A stretch of DNA of 64,000 nt from Paragordius varius (lineage: Eukaryota; Animalia; Nematomorpha), in NCBI GenBank assembly GCA_964247055.1, contig OZ176050.1, forward strand, positions 12,648,001 through 12,712,000, read 5' to 3'. Below are positions 13,601 to 50,573 of this stretch, piece after piece. The position numbers were made by a program, and so were the translations under genes. Position 1 is the stretch's first letter; the number at the start of each line of letters is the position of its first letter. The notes under the pieces were generated by a model. It was given only the letters and a program-made list of their open reading frames with translations, was not told the origin of the DNA and did no database searches.

Positions 13601-16600
13601 ACAAAACGTAATTAAGACAAATATTTTTATCTAAAAGATAAATATACTTTATAAACCTTAATTTTTCTTATATAAGCTATTTAGTTACAATTATGAAATA
13701 TAGTGATTGTGTTAGTAATTTATATCTCTATTCACACGTTGCCATTTAAAACAATGAGTTATATTGAAATAAATCAAGATTTAAAAAGTAGGGTTGTAAT
13801 TTAGAAAAAAATATGTCTTATATTTTCACGTTTTCTCCGTATAATTTTAGTTCTTACTGTAGCACTTTAAATCAGTGAAACTCACCAAATTGAAGAGCCC
13901 AAAAAATATTGTTCTTCTCCCAAGGGCGGTGTACACCACATACTCATAAATTTATAGGGCACATTTGCAGATAATTATAATCCAAATAAGTATATCAAAA
14001 AATTAAATAAACATTTTAGGGCCACAGTATGATTTTTTAAAAAGCATTGATTATCATGTTTCTGTTTATATGCATATTATATCGATTAATACTTTTTAAC
14101 AATTATATATAGAGTTTTTTATTCTCTCGCATTTTTTATAATTATTATTGGTGTTAATTAACTATTGTTTAATTTATTTTTATACTGCAACTCTATGATA
14201 AATTTGAAATTTGTAGATGTTTGGGGAGCTAGTCAATTTGCAGAATTATTTAATCGCATTTTCCACTTACCCGGTGAAACAATTACACATCAGGGCTTTT
14301 TTCGTTTGGCACCCAGGGATGATTTCACCATTGTAGAGGATAAAAATATTCCGCATGGTTATATATTTGCGGCATTTATGGTAATGAATTTTTAAAAAAT
14401 TCACTTTATTATTTCATACATTTTTTAATTTGAATGCATGTTGAATGTAAGGCGACTAGGTGTTTATAAAGTAAAATAATTTTAGATTTTTAGGCGCTTA
14501 CATTGTCATAATCGCTATCATTTTAAATCATGTTGTGAATCAATTTTAGAAACTATATTTGAATAATATGAGTTTTTGGCATAGAACATTAAACTATAAG
14601 ATTTAAGATCAATGCGTAGACATTTTGTTGGGTAAAATTAACTTTTTTAAGGTAAAACACTAAATTATATTCCTTATTTTTTATTTTATTATATTCAGTA
14701 TAAAACGTAAAAATATTATCGAATATGACTATTAAACTTAATTGTCAGATTGCCATAATGATTGGATCTTTTATCTTCAAGATACTCTCCAAACATTCCC
14801 ATCCGGAATCTTATATGAGGTATTATTTAAATTACTGACCTTTTGGTAGCTTAATAATGCTGTTTTCTACGATGCATACTAATTTATTATAAGCTTATTA
14901 CATCCGTGTTGGTTTATACGGTGTCAAAATAAGGCAAAGTTTAGTTTTTTGAAATTTATAAGATAAAACAGTTTGTAAATAAAATAACTAATATGGGTAA
15001 AATGGAGAATGTGTTTGCTTGAAAAAAACCTTTACACACGCCAATAATTGATACATATTCAATAAAAATGGCTTTTTGCATATAGCATGCTTTTATGTTT
15101 AACAAAGGTTAGCCAAGTCATTATATTTACGGTCTTAAATGGCGGGAAGCTGGGAATAGTTTCTTGTTTCAAATAAAATGTTTTTTTTAGTATTATTTAA
15201 AACGCGATCATCACAGTTAACCAACATTTAATTAATATCTTTATTATTTTTATAGCAAGTATGATTATAATTTTTTAAAAAAAAAGTATAAAGTTTTAAC
15301 TGTTTTTACGCTAACATGCAAATCATGATATGATGGAAATTTTAGATTTTTATAATTATTATTTGTCAGATATGTTTTGGGTATTTCATCTGTGTGCTTT
15401 TTAATCCCAATCTCTTTTCCTGGGTGGCGTTTAGGCATTTTTGTGGCCTTCCTAGTTTTTGAAACTTGTGTCGGTATATTTTGGCCAACTATAGCTATGC
15501 TACGTGGAAAATATGTGCCTGAAGAAAGTATTTCATTTTTTTTGTTAAATTATTTTGTGAATTAATATAAATTTAACTATTATTAGTAATATTTCTGGTT
15601 TTTATTCTATTTATGATCCTTTATTAACTTAATCGGCTAATATTTTTTTTGTTGAAATAATTTTTCTTGTTTTATTTAGTTTAAACAGGTAAAGGCAACA
15701 AGTTATTAAATTTTCATTTTTGGAAATAAAACCAATTAGAATCAACATCATTAAATTCAAATATCTTAACTAATTCAAATCTACCCCAAAATAAATTTGA
15801 TTTTTGGCTAATATAATTCATCTTAATATATGAAATATATCTTTATGGCATAGTTTATTACTTTCAGTATTTTAATTTTAAACAAAATATCATTTTTAAA
15901 AAATATAAGTAATTTTTATTTTAAAAGGGTGAAATTGTATTGTTCCCGGGTTTGAAGTGTAAATGATATATATAATTAAATTCCTAATAATCCAATATTA
16001 TAGTTATACGCAAGACCAATCTGTAAATATTTTTTTAATATAGCTCGATCTACTATCATGAACATTTTCCGTGTACCATTGAATATGATTGTGATAGCAA
16101 TTCTCATACAAGTTTTCATTTTGAATTTCATATAATTTGTTACAACAATGTCTAACCTTTAATTTTACCATAGAATTTACATATGCAAACTATATTTGGG
16201 TGTTGTTTTGCTTTCTTGGCACTCAGTAGCGGAGTTCAACATATTTTTTACAGGTATTTAATTTGTATATAATATCAAAACATATATCCCATTATATTTG
16301 CATTTTTTTTTTATAATTTTTTTATCAACTAATTAATTCTTGGGTATAGGACAAATTGTATATGCCAACAAACTGTTTAAAAAACAAATAATTTTCATTT
16401 TTTTAATATTATAGATTTTTCAAGGGTGGTCAATATATAAGTGGTGATAACGAAAGAAAACCATTGATAAATACATCTGGAGAAAAAAATCATTTTGAAA
16501 ATTGTGACAACGGTGACGATAATGAAAAAGCGTCACTCCTATCCAATCATATTAAATATCTTTTGCAATTAAAGGGTGAAAAAGCTTTTACCCCTACTTA

Positions 16601-16601
16601 A
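10638..16601 (+). CDS. MFSD5: MFSD5-like (molybdate-anion transporter family, MFS) transporter, 13 exons
   Basis: Exons 10638-10785, 10864-11008, 11099-11159, 12190-12297, 12546-12664, 12984-13120, 13349-13552, 14217-14380, 14749-14819, 15370-15527, 16044-16111, 16174-16253, 16415-16601; phases consistent. Motifs GDWLQGPYVYALY, LADKYGRR, GRLLGGISTSILYSAFESW, NWSENYG, SLFEGCMYTFVLEWTPAL, IPHGYIFAAFM, RSTIMNIFRVPLN. Confidence 0.9.
11335..11510. mobile_element. Tc1/mariner-like foldback MITE in MFSD5 intron 3
   Basis: TA|CAGTAGCGTATGGCATAAAAC ... GTTTTATGCCATACGCTACTG|TA: perfect 21-bp TIR, TA TSD, and further internal inverted symmetry. Confidence 0.85.
13578..13859. mobile_element. MITE family A (CAGTAAAAATTGAAATTATACGGAC TIR) in MFSD5 intron 7
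   Basis: GTAAAATTGAAATTATACGGACAAAACG at left and CGTTTTCTCCGTATAATTTTAGTTCTTACTG|TA at right. Homologous to 18733, 24560 and 57309. Confidence 0.75.
15731..15967. mobile_element. MITE family B, degenerate copy in MFSD5 intron 10
   Basis: Shares the CTTTATGGCATAGTTTATT...TTTAAACAAAAT...ATATAAGTAATTTT...AGGGTGAA...GTGTAAATG blocks with other copies. Left end is uncertain. Confidence 0.6.
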
Positions 16602-18134
16602 GATGGCTTTGTGGATAATCACCAAGAAAATATTATTAAAATTGGGCCCATTTATTTATTTTGAGTGTATATATGGGACATAATTTAATTTATTAGAAAA
16701 TTTTTCGGTGTTAGTTAATTATACATATTCTTATTTTTATGTATGTGATATTTTTAATATTTATATATAACCGGTGAAAATATCATAATATTTTGTAAAG
16801 CTTTAGATGTATAAATATTTATTCATTTCTTTTTTTATATAAACTAGGGATTAAAACCAAATCCGTTCTTGATTTCATCACTATTTTAAGGAAAACAGTT
16901 GTTTTTTGGTTAAATAGTTCGTTCTAATTTCGATTTTATATTGTTGTTTTAAATCTATATAGATTATATATATTTATCATTGTGCTGCAAATTTTAGGCT
17001 TTTTTTTTATAAAATCATAATAAATTTTTCTTAGGATAAAAAAAGGGACCAATGTATTTATTTATTAAAAATATAAAGTGTGTGTATATATAATAGTATG
17101 TAAAAATTATTCAAATGATGTTAGCGGGCATATTAACACATCGCTTTTTCCACATTATAAAATGTAATATTTTTATAAAATGTTTTTTTATCAATAAATA
17201 AAATTCAGCATTAATATACTTAGAAACGTATATGGGAGCCAAAATTATGTATTACAAAACATAATGATAAAAAATTTGTATTAAAAGCCGAAATGTAATA
17301 TTTTGAATTAAATTGTACACAAATGATAAATCAAATATAAATTAAGGAAAGCAAGATGCAGTTAAAAGTGAAATAATACAAAAAACTGAAATAAGATAAA
17401 AAAACACAATTGATAAAATCATAAAACGCTTATCATAGTTTGATATTATGGGTAAATTATATAATTGGAATCTGTGGATATTTGCAGGTAAAAATCCAAT
17501 TAAATTCTTGAATGCCCCACCTCTAATGTAATCGATGAGATTTTACAAAATAAGATATTAGTGAATTACAAGAACGTTGTATGCATAATTAAACATTTTT
17601 CAAAATTACATATTTTTTCATTACTAATTGGGGTGTTTATTGGCGTAAGAATGCAGTGTTAAACAATAGTAGTCATTGATTTACATTATGTGATGATTGT
17701 TTATATGAAAAATCAGATAGTTGTTTTTAAAATTTTTTGCTATTACATACTTTTGTGTGATTCATATATATATATATATATATTAAAATAGTTAAAATTT
17801 TACACATTTATTTAAGCTCATACATAATTAAATGATAAAATAATTCAAATGAAAATGCAGCCATAAAAATGAAGAGTTTGTGAAAATTCACGGCGAAAAT
17901 TTAAATGTGCAATATAACATCATTAGCTATTCCATAAACATTAAACATTGTTGCATCATATTCAATTTTCGTGTCTCCCCATCATTTGTAAATTTGTTTT
18001 AACGGATTATTTGTTTTAACGGTCAAGATATTTGCTGTATCAATCAGTTTATAATATGTAGTTAGTATTGTCATTTTTCTCAATTTTAAAGACACACAGA
18101 GTAAAGTGTAATGGATGAACGTATGTCGAGTCTC

Positions 18135-41796
<23,662 letters not shown>

Positions 41797-44700
41797 AATA
41801 TATTATAACAAAATTACAGGTACAAACAGAGAGTGGTTATTAATGTGTGGAAAAGTAATGTATTATTTAAAGTATGTATGGACTAAAGAAAGTGATGATG
41901 GAATTGAGGATCACAGGTAATATAGAATTCAAATAAAGGGTATTTTTGGGAAAAAAAGTAATTTATTATTATCGATAATGTAAATTATAAACTACGTTGT
42001 CCTTCCTTTGTTTATTATAAAATATGGGTATGGTTATTAAGGAGGATCCTAAATTGACCCATGCCTGCCTACTCGTGAGGTACAGAACTTATGATATCGT
42101 ATTTTTGATAAAGTATTGGAAAAACACTAAAAGCAATTATATATGTAAATGATGAAAAGAATATCTGATAGCTCTATCTTCCAACAAATTATATGATAAT
42201 AGGAATATTAAATGCAATCGTGTTTCTTAATGACTGTGCCGTTGAAAATTATAAATATAAAATTCAGCAAAGTGCAAAGGTGTGTCTCAAAATAATTAGC
42301 ATAAATTAATGAATTGGAATAAACAGCCAATGATGATAGAATTTAGGTCTTTAAGGCAAATAATTGTATGTTTATTGCTCTATTAACTCAATCTAAATAA
42401 GAGGATGGGGAATTTGCATTAATGCACATAAAAAACCAATTAATTTGATGGTGATGTGATTTTTCGCAGTGGGAATGCGTTTTTTTCATTCTCTGAAATG
42501 TCCTCTTCTTTGATGTTTTTTAAACGATATAAGTGTGTTGTGTGTTTTATTGTCCAAAATGATATGATTCTACGCTATTGTAAGGCAATGTATGATAAAA
42601 TATAATTAGTTTCTGGAGTTGATTATTTGGCTTTGGTTCCATCATAAAAGGGAAAAAATCTCATCAATCTTTGCGTAACACAGGATAACATATATGATGG
42701 AGGGAGGAGGGTTTGCAGTAAATAATAAAACGACCAGTTATGCAAGATTTGTGAGGATATAAAATGATTTTATTTTATTTGGATGATCTTAGCTAGTTAG
42801 TAGGTAGGTTGCAGTGTACCTAAATAATAGCAGCATTCATCATGTGTGTTTGCAAATAATCCATCAGTATTCATCCTAGTAGAAAATGTGAAGAAAACAT
42901 TAAGAATTTTACTACGTCAATGGCACGATAAATAACTATGGAAGGGAATTTTTTGGCTCCAAAAAATTGATGATTTTAAACGAAAATAATTGTGTAAGAA
43001 TGTGTGGGGGAATTCAGAGTTTACTGAGTTCTAAATATTTTGTGATTTGAAATTAACAAGATGTGATAAAACGGTAGATATCTGTGTATGGTGAAACGTG
43101 GTATAGTGTAGAATTTAGATTGCGAAGTGTTCAACTAAAATATTTGGTGTATAGTGTGCCATACAAATTGAAAATCCGCTAAAACTGTAGAATCTAAACA
43201 ATAAATATAAATAGATAAAAACTTAAAAATGTGTATCAAATATTACCGTAAAAATTATAGCTTGCGAATGAAATTTAAAATTCAATGTGTAAAAATGATT
43301 GATTTAATCAAACACCGTTATAACTAAAAAAAGCATTCATTGTTATGCGTGAAGCTCTTGCGGTATATATTTCAAATGACCGACTGATTTATTCGGTTTG
43401 CGTTGAGTTGAAAAGAAAAAAGCAAAAATAAATTGAAATTATGTTAAAAACTATCACTATCTTGGTTTACTATTTCAATCTAAAATTAAATTTATCCGTA
43501 AAATACTATTCACCAATCATCCGCGCATGAATATATAGGAGAGTTTATCAATTTCCGATTTTCAAGAAGAAAAAAAAAGTTGGAATTATTAAATAAACTA
43601 AGTAAACTTACAAATACATCGCTTGAATATTTAATGAGAATGGCAAATAATATATATCGAACAAGTAAAATTTGTTTTCGATTTATTATATTTGTAATCG
43701 TATGCGAAAATCAATGTGGCAAGCAGAAAGCAAAAATATTGCATAATTTTCAACGCTTCTCCCTACCATATGATGGTAATAATGTACAAATTGTTGTTTT
43801 ATATTGTATTTATTTATGTATTGTTAAAAAGACAATACATATAATAAACATAGTTACAGTTAAAACTTAATAAATATAGAATAAATACATAATATTAAGA
43901 AATAAAAATATCAGAAATAATATTCAAAATGGGGGAAAAACGTAAAAGATTTTTAGCTATAAAACACATTCACTCATGCACATAGAAAATCTTTAAAATA
44001 TTTAGTAGGATGAAAATATGTGTAATCTTTAAGCATGTTGTAGCGTGTAGTAACCCAATAATATTGAATTTTATACTATCAATATTTTTTTAGATAATAT
44101 CTATCTACCTTTATATAAATATATAAGAAAAATATTATTGGTAAAAAAATATACATCAATAGTAATAGAGTATTTTGTTAAACAAACTATTTCCCATACA
44201 CATAATGGAAAATGGAGTATGTGAATGCGAAAATAGGGGGGTGAGGGTGGGAAGGGGGGTTGAACATACAATGCAAAAAAATATTGATTATAAATATGTG
44301 TGTGCATGCATTATTCTAATAACATTTTTTTTGTATTGCTGGTATTCCTTTAAAACAAACTAATATATATATAGCTAGAGTATAAACTAAAATGTCAAAC
44401 AAATTTCTTACCATATTTTATCTAACCCTAATTGACGTGACAAACACCATTATAATTTTGGGGCCAGAAATAACGCAGTTAGAAATCTGTGCAAAATTTA
44501 TCTCCGAAATTGCGAAATCGACCTTAACACTCTATTACCTTATGGGCTAAATTTATACCCCAAAGCAATTCATAAATAAGAATGGGCTGCTTTTAATGTT
44601 TAATTAAATTTTCGATACATTGACTGATATAAAATACTGGCAAAAATTATAGACTTTGAATAAAAACCATATAAGAAAAGAAATAAAAAAGTTCATTTGT

Positions 44701-45524
44701 CCGGTATAACTGTGGGTTGTAAAGTTTTTTGAATTGAACGAAATTTCGTGTGATCCTAATCTAATGTTATGGACTGGATTGACAAAATAACTTTCAAGTT
44801 GTTTTGGAAAAAGAGAAACCATAAACAAGACCTGATATATTATCGTTATGTGTCCGTTGATTAAACCACCACATAAAATTTTCGTTAAAAAAAGTAATAT
44901 CGAAATCTCACACATTCGACACTACAAACAAAAAAATTTCTAAATAAAAAAAAAATTTTGTTTGTAAGAGTAACAAATGTCCCAAGTATCTATCTACCCC
45001 AGAAGAGAAAGGATGAAAATACTTGGAATGTACACGCTAATACACATTAAAAAGCTAAAAAGATCAATAATGCTAATTTGTCCGAATAAAGTGAATATAG
45101 GATACATATCTATGTGTGCATTTAACAGCATGGGAGATAACTAAGGCCAAATATCTAATATATTTTCTTATAAAATTAATACAATACTAAAAAAATCATA
45201 AAGTGACATCTTTAATAAAATGTTAACAATTGGTCCACAAAAAATGAAGGAATTTGAGCGAGAATTTAATTTGGAAATCTATATTAACTTGTATTTAATT
45301 TATGTGAATTATAAAATGATTTATGATAAATATTTATGCCAAATCGTTAAAATATTTAACATATTTAAAAAAGTTTAAATGCGTTGTCTTCATATTCAAA
45401 GAATAACCCCTAATATATGCTTTTTAGTAACATGTTATATTTAAGTTCACAATCGCAAAAATATACCCTAATGACAAAAATTATTTTTATTTAAATTTAG
45501 AATTAACTGGTAGTTTATTATATA

Positions 45525-45793
45525 CTATTTACATTAAATTATTCCCCGAACGATTCAAATTTAATTATAAACAATTCAGATTCCTTAAAAATAAATTATG
45601 TGTTTTCGGGATAATATAACTCCTCATTAATATGAAATGTATCTTTATGGCGTAGTTTATTATTTTTTCAGTATTAATTTTATTTTAAAATTTTCATTTT
45701 TCAAAAATGTAAGTAATTTTTAATCTCAAAAAACACATAATATATTTTAAAAGGAATTTGAATCGTTCAAGGGTGAATTTGAAGTGTAAATGG
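45525..45793. mobile_element. MITE family B
   Basis: TA|CTATTTACATTAAATT...TTATGTGTTTTCGGG...CTTTATGGCGTAGTTTATT...AGGGTGAATTTGAAGTGTAAATGG|TA. Confidence 0.8.
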
Positions 45794-46230
45794 TAGACTT
45801 AAAAATTCTGAATCTCAATTTTCGGCTATAGTAAGAACTGTTCCATTAACATAATTAAAAAAGCCTTATTGAGAAATTGTAACCAAATTATAATAAATTC
45901 AGGATAACAAATCAGACGAACCTTAATAAATAAATTATCTAGAGCGCAATTTAATCATTAACATATATTGAACATAGGTCTTTTCTTCAATGTAATTTCA
46001 TGTTTAACATATAAAATTAAAAAATTAATTTTTACATACACCACAAATCGGTAATTAGAGAATTGTAAAATTAATAAAGATCCGAAAAAACTGGTAGTAA
46101 AGTTTGTAAAACAAATTTAAACAAATAACATAGTCCGCTAATGTTTTCAAATAAAAAAAATCATATAATTTTAACATGAGATGCGGGCATAATTGTTTTA
46201 CCATATACATATTTATATATAGATAACTAA

Positions 46231-46512
46231 AACAATAACGAGTGCTATTATTAGTCATTTCGGTTTTTAAATGGCTAAAAACGAATTTAATTACATGTGT
46301 GTTGGTAAGTATGATTTTTTATTTATATTAGCTATGTATTTAATCAAAATATCACAGAAAAATACTGTAGCGACTGTTCGCGATGAAATATCATGTTTGC
46401 CATAATTTCCATTTAACTATTAAAAATAGTATACCAACATACTACATGTAAATTAAATACCCTATTAGCCATTCATAATAAAAATGACCAATAATAGCTC
46501 TCGTTACTACTG
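46231..46512. repeat. Degenerate foldback element (~100-bp inverted arms), probably an old MITE
   Basis: TAACGAGTGCTATTATTAGTCATT...AATGGCTAA...TTAATTACATGT..GTTGGTA is inverted against TACCAAC...ACATGTAAATTAA...TTAGCCATT...AATGACCAATAATAGCTCTCGTTA. Confidence 0.65.
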
Positions 46513-48742
46513 ATATAGCTTTTATATGCATTAACTAAAACTTAAAAGAAAAACATGAATATTCATAGAGATTCCGAGAGTTAATAACTGGCCTGTCTTA
46601 TTCTTAAAAGCTAACTAAATACATTAGGCTAACAATTATTTAGATACCATAAATAAAACTATAATTTTACACTAATTGTAATTTGCACAACTCAAATTAG
46701 TTTTTTGTATTGTTTAATGGTCACTATATTATACAAACATCGAATTTTCTGAGCAATAAAAAAATATTTATTAAAAAGGTGTATTATACAGCTTATTGGC
46801 TGCTGTTATGCACTGATATGACACGGATGCCAGAAAAAATAGGTTATACTTTAGTTCATAATATAAATAAAATTATGGCTAAACAAGAAAAGACCCCAAA
46901 ATAAGGATTGTATTTAAATTAATAAAGGATAATTTTTTAAATTGTCCTTACTTTCTTCCAATAAAAAAAGCAGTCTTATTGACCATTTATTATGATTTAT
47001 ACTTTTTTCATAGCTAGTTTCGTTCTTTAAAACTCGTTGAATGGGGGTAACAGGAGATAATCGAAAAATGATCCTCGACCATTATTTGTTTGCTCAAATA
47101 AAATGAATTGTTCTTATCCACCCAGCAATCAATTTTTTACAAAACTGGAGAAAATAATTTATAAAACCGCTTGACTGCAGCATACATAAAATGTTAGATA
47201 TAAGTGCCATGATTTTATTTATATTTTTGGAAATATATTATAAGTTTAAAAAATTTTAAATTTTAGATTAGTTGATAATCCCATATCATATTATCTATGA
47301 TATTAGGTTAAGCTTAAAAATGCATTTTAAGGCGATTTAAGCGCATTTCAAAATATAATTTGTAAACTCAACCTCCTAATATAATAAAGCATTCCAATAT
47401 TTGATAATTATTTATTTTAAAAACTGTGATTCTGAAGTCCGCAAGGAAGATAAAAAAATATACGAATCATGTACCAGTTAAAAATATATTTTAGCAAAAC
47501 AAATTCCAGTTTAATATCTCTCTCTCTATCTTAATTACGTATTAAATCTGTAACATAATAAAACAGACGAATAAAAAATCATATATGTTATGGTTTAAAA
47601 ATTAAAATAATGGTAGAGTAGCTAAACGTTGTACTCTAACGCAAACTTATATGTGAGTATTTCAGAGTCTCCAAAACTACACTATTATTTTATTACATTG
47701 GCAGGACTCATCAGACGAATGAATTGTTAATATAAATTAAACCGTATTAAAATTTAAATGTTTTAGAAAAGTAGGGAAAAGTTCGGTTTGTTCTTGCTAA
47801 AAAGAGTATTATATGGATCGTTGATATATGAATATGGCTGATTAAGTATAAATTATCTTTGATATTGATGCTGAGCTATTTGTTTGTATGTATGTAAGTA
47901 TGCATATTAATTCAACATGGCAGGCAGGAATAAAAATAAAACACTTTAAAATCGATAAAAAAAATATTTATATTTTTATATGTGCTACAATGTGAAAAAA
48001 ACCTATCTATTATATCTTCTATATATTAAATGCTTAGGTTAAGTGTATTTCACCATTATATCTCAGTAAAAATAGGAAATAAAATATATGATAAATGTTT
48101 TCAGTTATTGCTATTTGTTGTGGTGTGTGTGTGCGCTGGCAGATCCAATTAAGTGAACAAGTATAAACGAAGTATAAATATGAAAACAATATTCATTATT
48201 AATTACTAATCAATAAATTAAAGAAACTCGTATATAAGTTATATATATGTAATTTTTGTAAACGCTAATAAAACAAATTAAAATTATTCACTTTTAGACT
48301 TTCTCACTAATTGTATTAATAGTACATATTGCGAAACCATAAAAAACCGTTTAAAATGTATTTCAAGTTTAAAATATTTTAAGGCAATGCTTATTTTAAA
48401 CCTTTTATCATCCAATTAAACCATATACTCAGCCTTAAGTTTAGGCGAGTTTAGTTTTACGATATGGAATCTAGGGGAGTATTTTCTCATATATATATAA
48501 CTTTACTTTCAAAAAATATAATGTAACACGCAAATTTTAGCGCCTAATAAATATATGTATTAAAGAAGGGCAGGCATAAATAAAATGCCGTGTGGATTTT
48601 TCGCAAAGGAATTATAAAAAATTAATTTAGCCCCTCAAATATAATGTATACCTTTCTTAGAAAAAATGGGTATTATGTCTTGGTAGAATGTTAAATTTTT
48701 AGAGGATTTCATTTATTTATTAAAAAAGATGTCTTAAATATA

Positions 48743-48931
48743 CAGTATGAGTAAGTATACATTGCTAGAAAGATATTAATTGTTGCCAAATAGTAAGTAC
48801 AACAGGCAGCATTATTGGTTTATAGTTATTTTTTTCACTTTTTTTATTATTAACCAATAATACCGCCCTTTGTTATGTTAACTTTTTGGCAATAATTAAT
48901 AACTTTCTAGCAGTGTATACTTACTCAGCCG
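48743..48931. repeat. Foldback MITE-like inverted repeat
   Basis: TGAGTAAGTATACATTGCTAGAAAGATATTAATTGTTGCCAAA is inverted against TTTGGCAATAATTAATAACTTTCTAGCAGTGTATACTTACTCA. Left end is TA|CAGT. Confidence 0.75.
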
Positions 48932-49944
48932 AATTAAAAAGTAATGGGCAAATAAACACCTGATTTTTGTTAAAGAGATGAAATTAACACCAGCATATAT
49001 TAATATAAATCGTTTTTTTTAAAGAATACTTATTACTTTATAAGGGAAAAAAACCTTTTACACAATAAGGAATCACATTTTTATTTATCCAAAAATATGG
49101 TATTAATCATAGATATGTTATCCTATTTATAAATGTATGTCTATGTCAATTTATTTATCGATTTTTATAAAAAACATAATTTTTTTATATTTATCTCTTT
49201 GGGATACCAACCAAGCAGGCAAACATTAAGTAATGGAAATATGACAAAAATAGGCAGTCAATAAAATCTATACAAATTTATATATTTAGATTTAACATGA
49301 AAATCAAACCTTAAATAAATATAAATAAATTCAAAGCACATCCAAAGGGCTTTCCCTATCGGTATAAGTCATATTAGGTCTTTATTTTAAAAAATTTGAC
49401 TAAGGGTGACTGATCAATAAAGCTTAAAATAGATTTTTATACCTGAAGAAATTATTAATTATTTCCAAAAATAACATAGACAATCAATACACTTGAGTAT
49501 ATCTCCATTTTGAATCACCCTTAAACAATTAAAACAAACTCTTAATTAAATTTTTAAATCAATGTAATCAGAAATGATAACTTTAAAACATTTTAAATTT
49601 ATTTCCAAATAAATTAGCAATGCCCATAAACACAAAATTATTAGGGTAAATAATGTCAAAGGGCTATAAAGAATGTTGGATATAATTTGTAAAATGGAGG
49701 GTTTTGAAATGTTCTGGGGTATTCATTAATGATATATTATCCGTTTTAATAGGACTATTATCAACTTTTTTAGCGATAAATGGGTCAAACATTTTAGGAT
49801 GGCAAATACATGGTCAGGTAAAAAGATGTTGGGACTAATAAATGACTCAAAACTACTTTGACTAAAAAAAATTAATGATTAGTATATAACTTATTAGGCA
49901 AAAAGGTAATGAAAAGTATGGAGTTGCAGGTAATTTAAGCCTAT

Positions 49945-50500
49945 CTCAACACGTAGATACAACACATTCATTTCAGCCCTTCGATTAAAATTGGGTATTT
50001 AGATACACCAGGCTTGTTTAAAATTACATATTTCAAAAAATATGGAATAAATTAAAACCATGGCAAAAGTGTGCATATATATAATATTGATGATATAATA
50101 AAAAATTCATTTAAAAATATTTGATATTATTTATTCAAAGGTAAAACCCAATGGTAAAATTTAGCCCATATTTAATCATAAGCTAAATATAAAAATAATC
50201 AAAATATACCACTTTTTCTGTATATATCAATGTTAAGATTTTTTAATAACAATGTAAACTTAATTTTAGGCTTAAAATCAAATAAACACGATATTTTGCA
50301 AAAATGTTGTAAAATAAAAATGCCGTTATGTAGTTTCGAAACTTTTTTCCAAAACTAAATTTTATTTAGATATTTTGGATTTTTTATATATTTTTTTTTG
50401 GATAGAAGCATAAATTTATATTAGAACCGTTTCTTCCAGTAGTTTTTGAAAATATCAACTCAAATGTCTGGGGTATTTAGATACCCAATTTGAATCGAAG
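49945..50500. repeat. Repeat family C (TTAA-ending), inverted pair
   Basis: CTTCGATTAAAATTGGGTATTTAGATACACC (~49979) is inverted against GGGGTATTTAGATACCCAATTTGAATCGAAG (~50469). The left arm extends to a ~70-bp block also found at 53133 and 55151. Confidence 0.55.
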
Positions 50501-50573
50501 TTTAAAGGGTAGTGCCAAAGAGGAAAAATAATTTGAAATTCAAAAATTATATTAGCACATTTAAAGTTAGAAT

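Noticed and set aside
43247-43560. Possible non-coding first exon of PMCA (minus strand, ending TTTTACG|GTAATA)
   Set aside because: Only a donor-like motif and slightly higher GC; cannot be supported without transcripts.
44604-44915. 103-aa minus-strand ORF
   Set aside because: No recognisable family and composition close to intergenic DNA.
49400-49530. Minus-strand LKCIDCLCYFG resembling a second GIY-YIG relic
   Set aside because: Downstream motifs are not recoverable.
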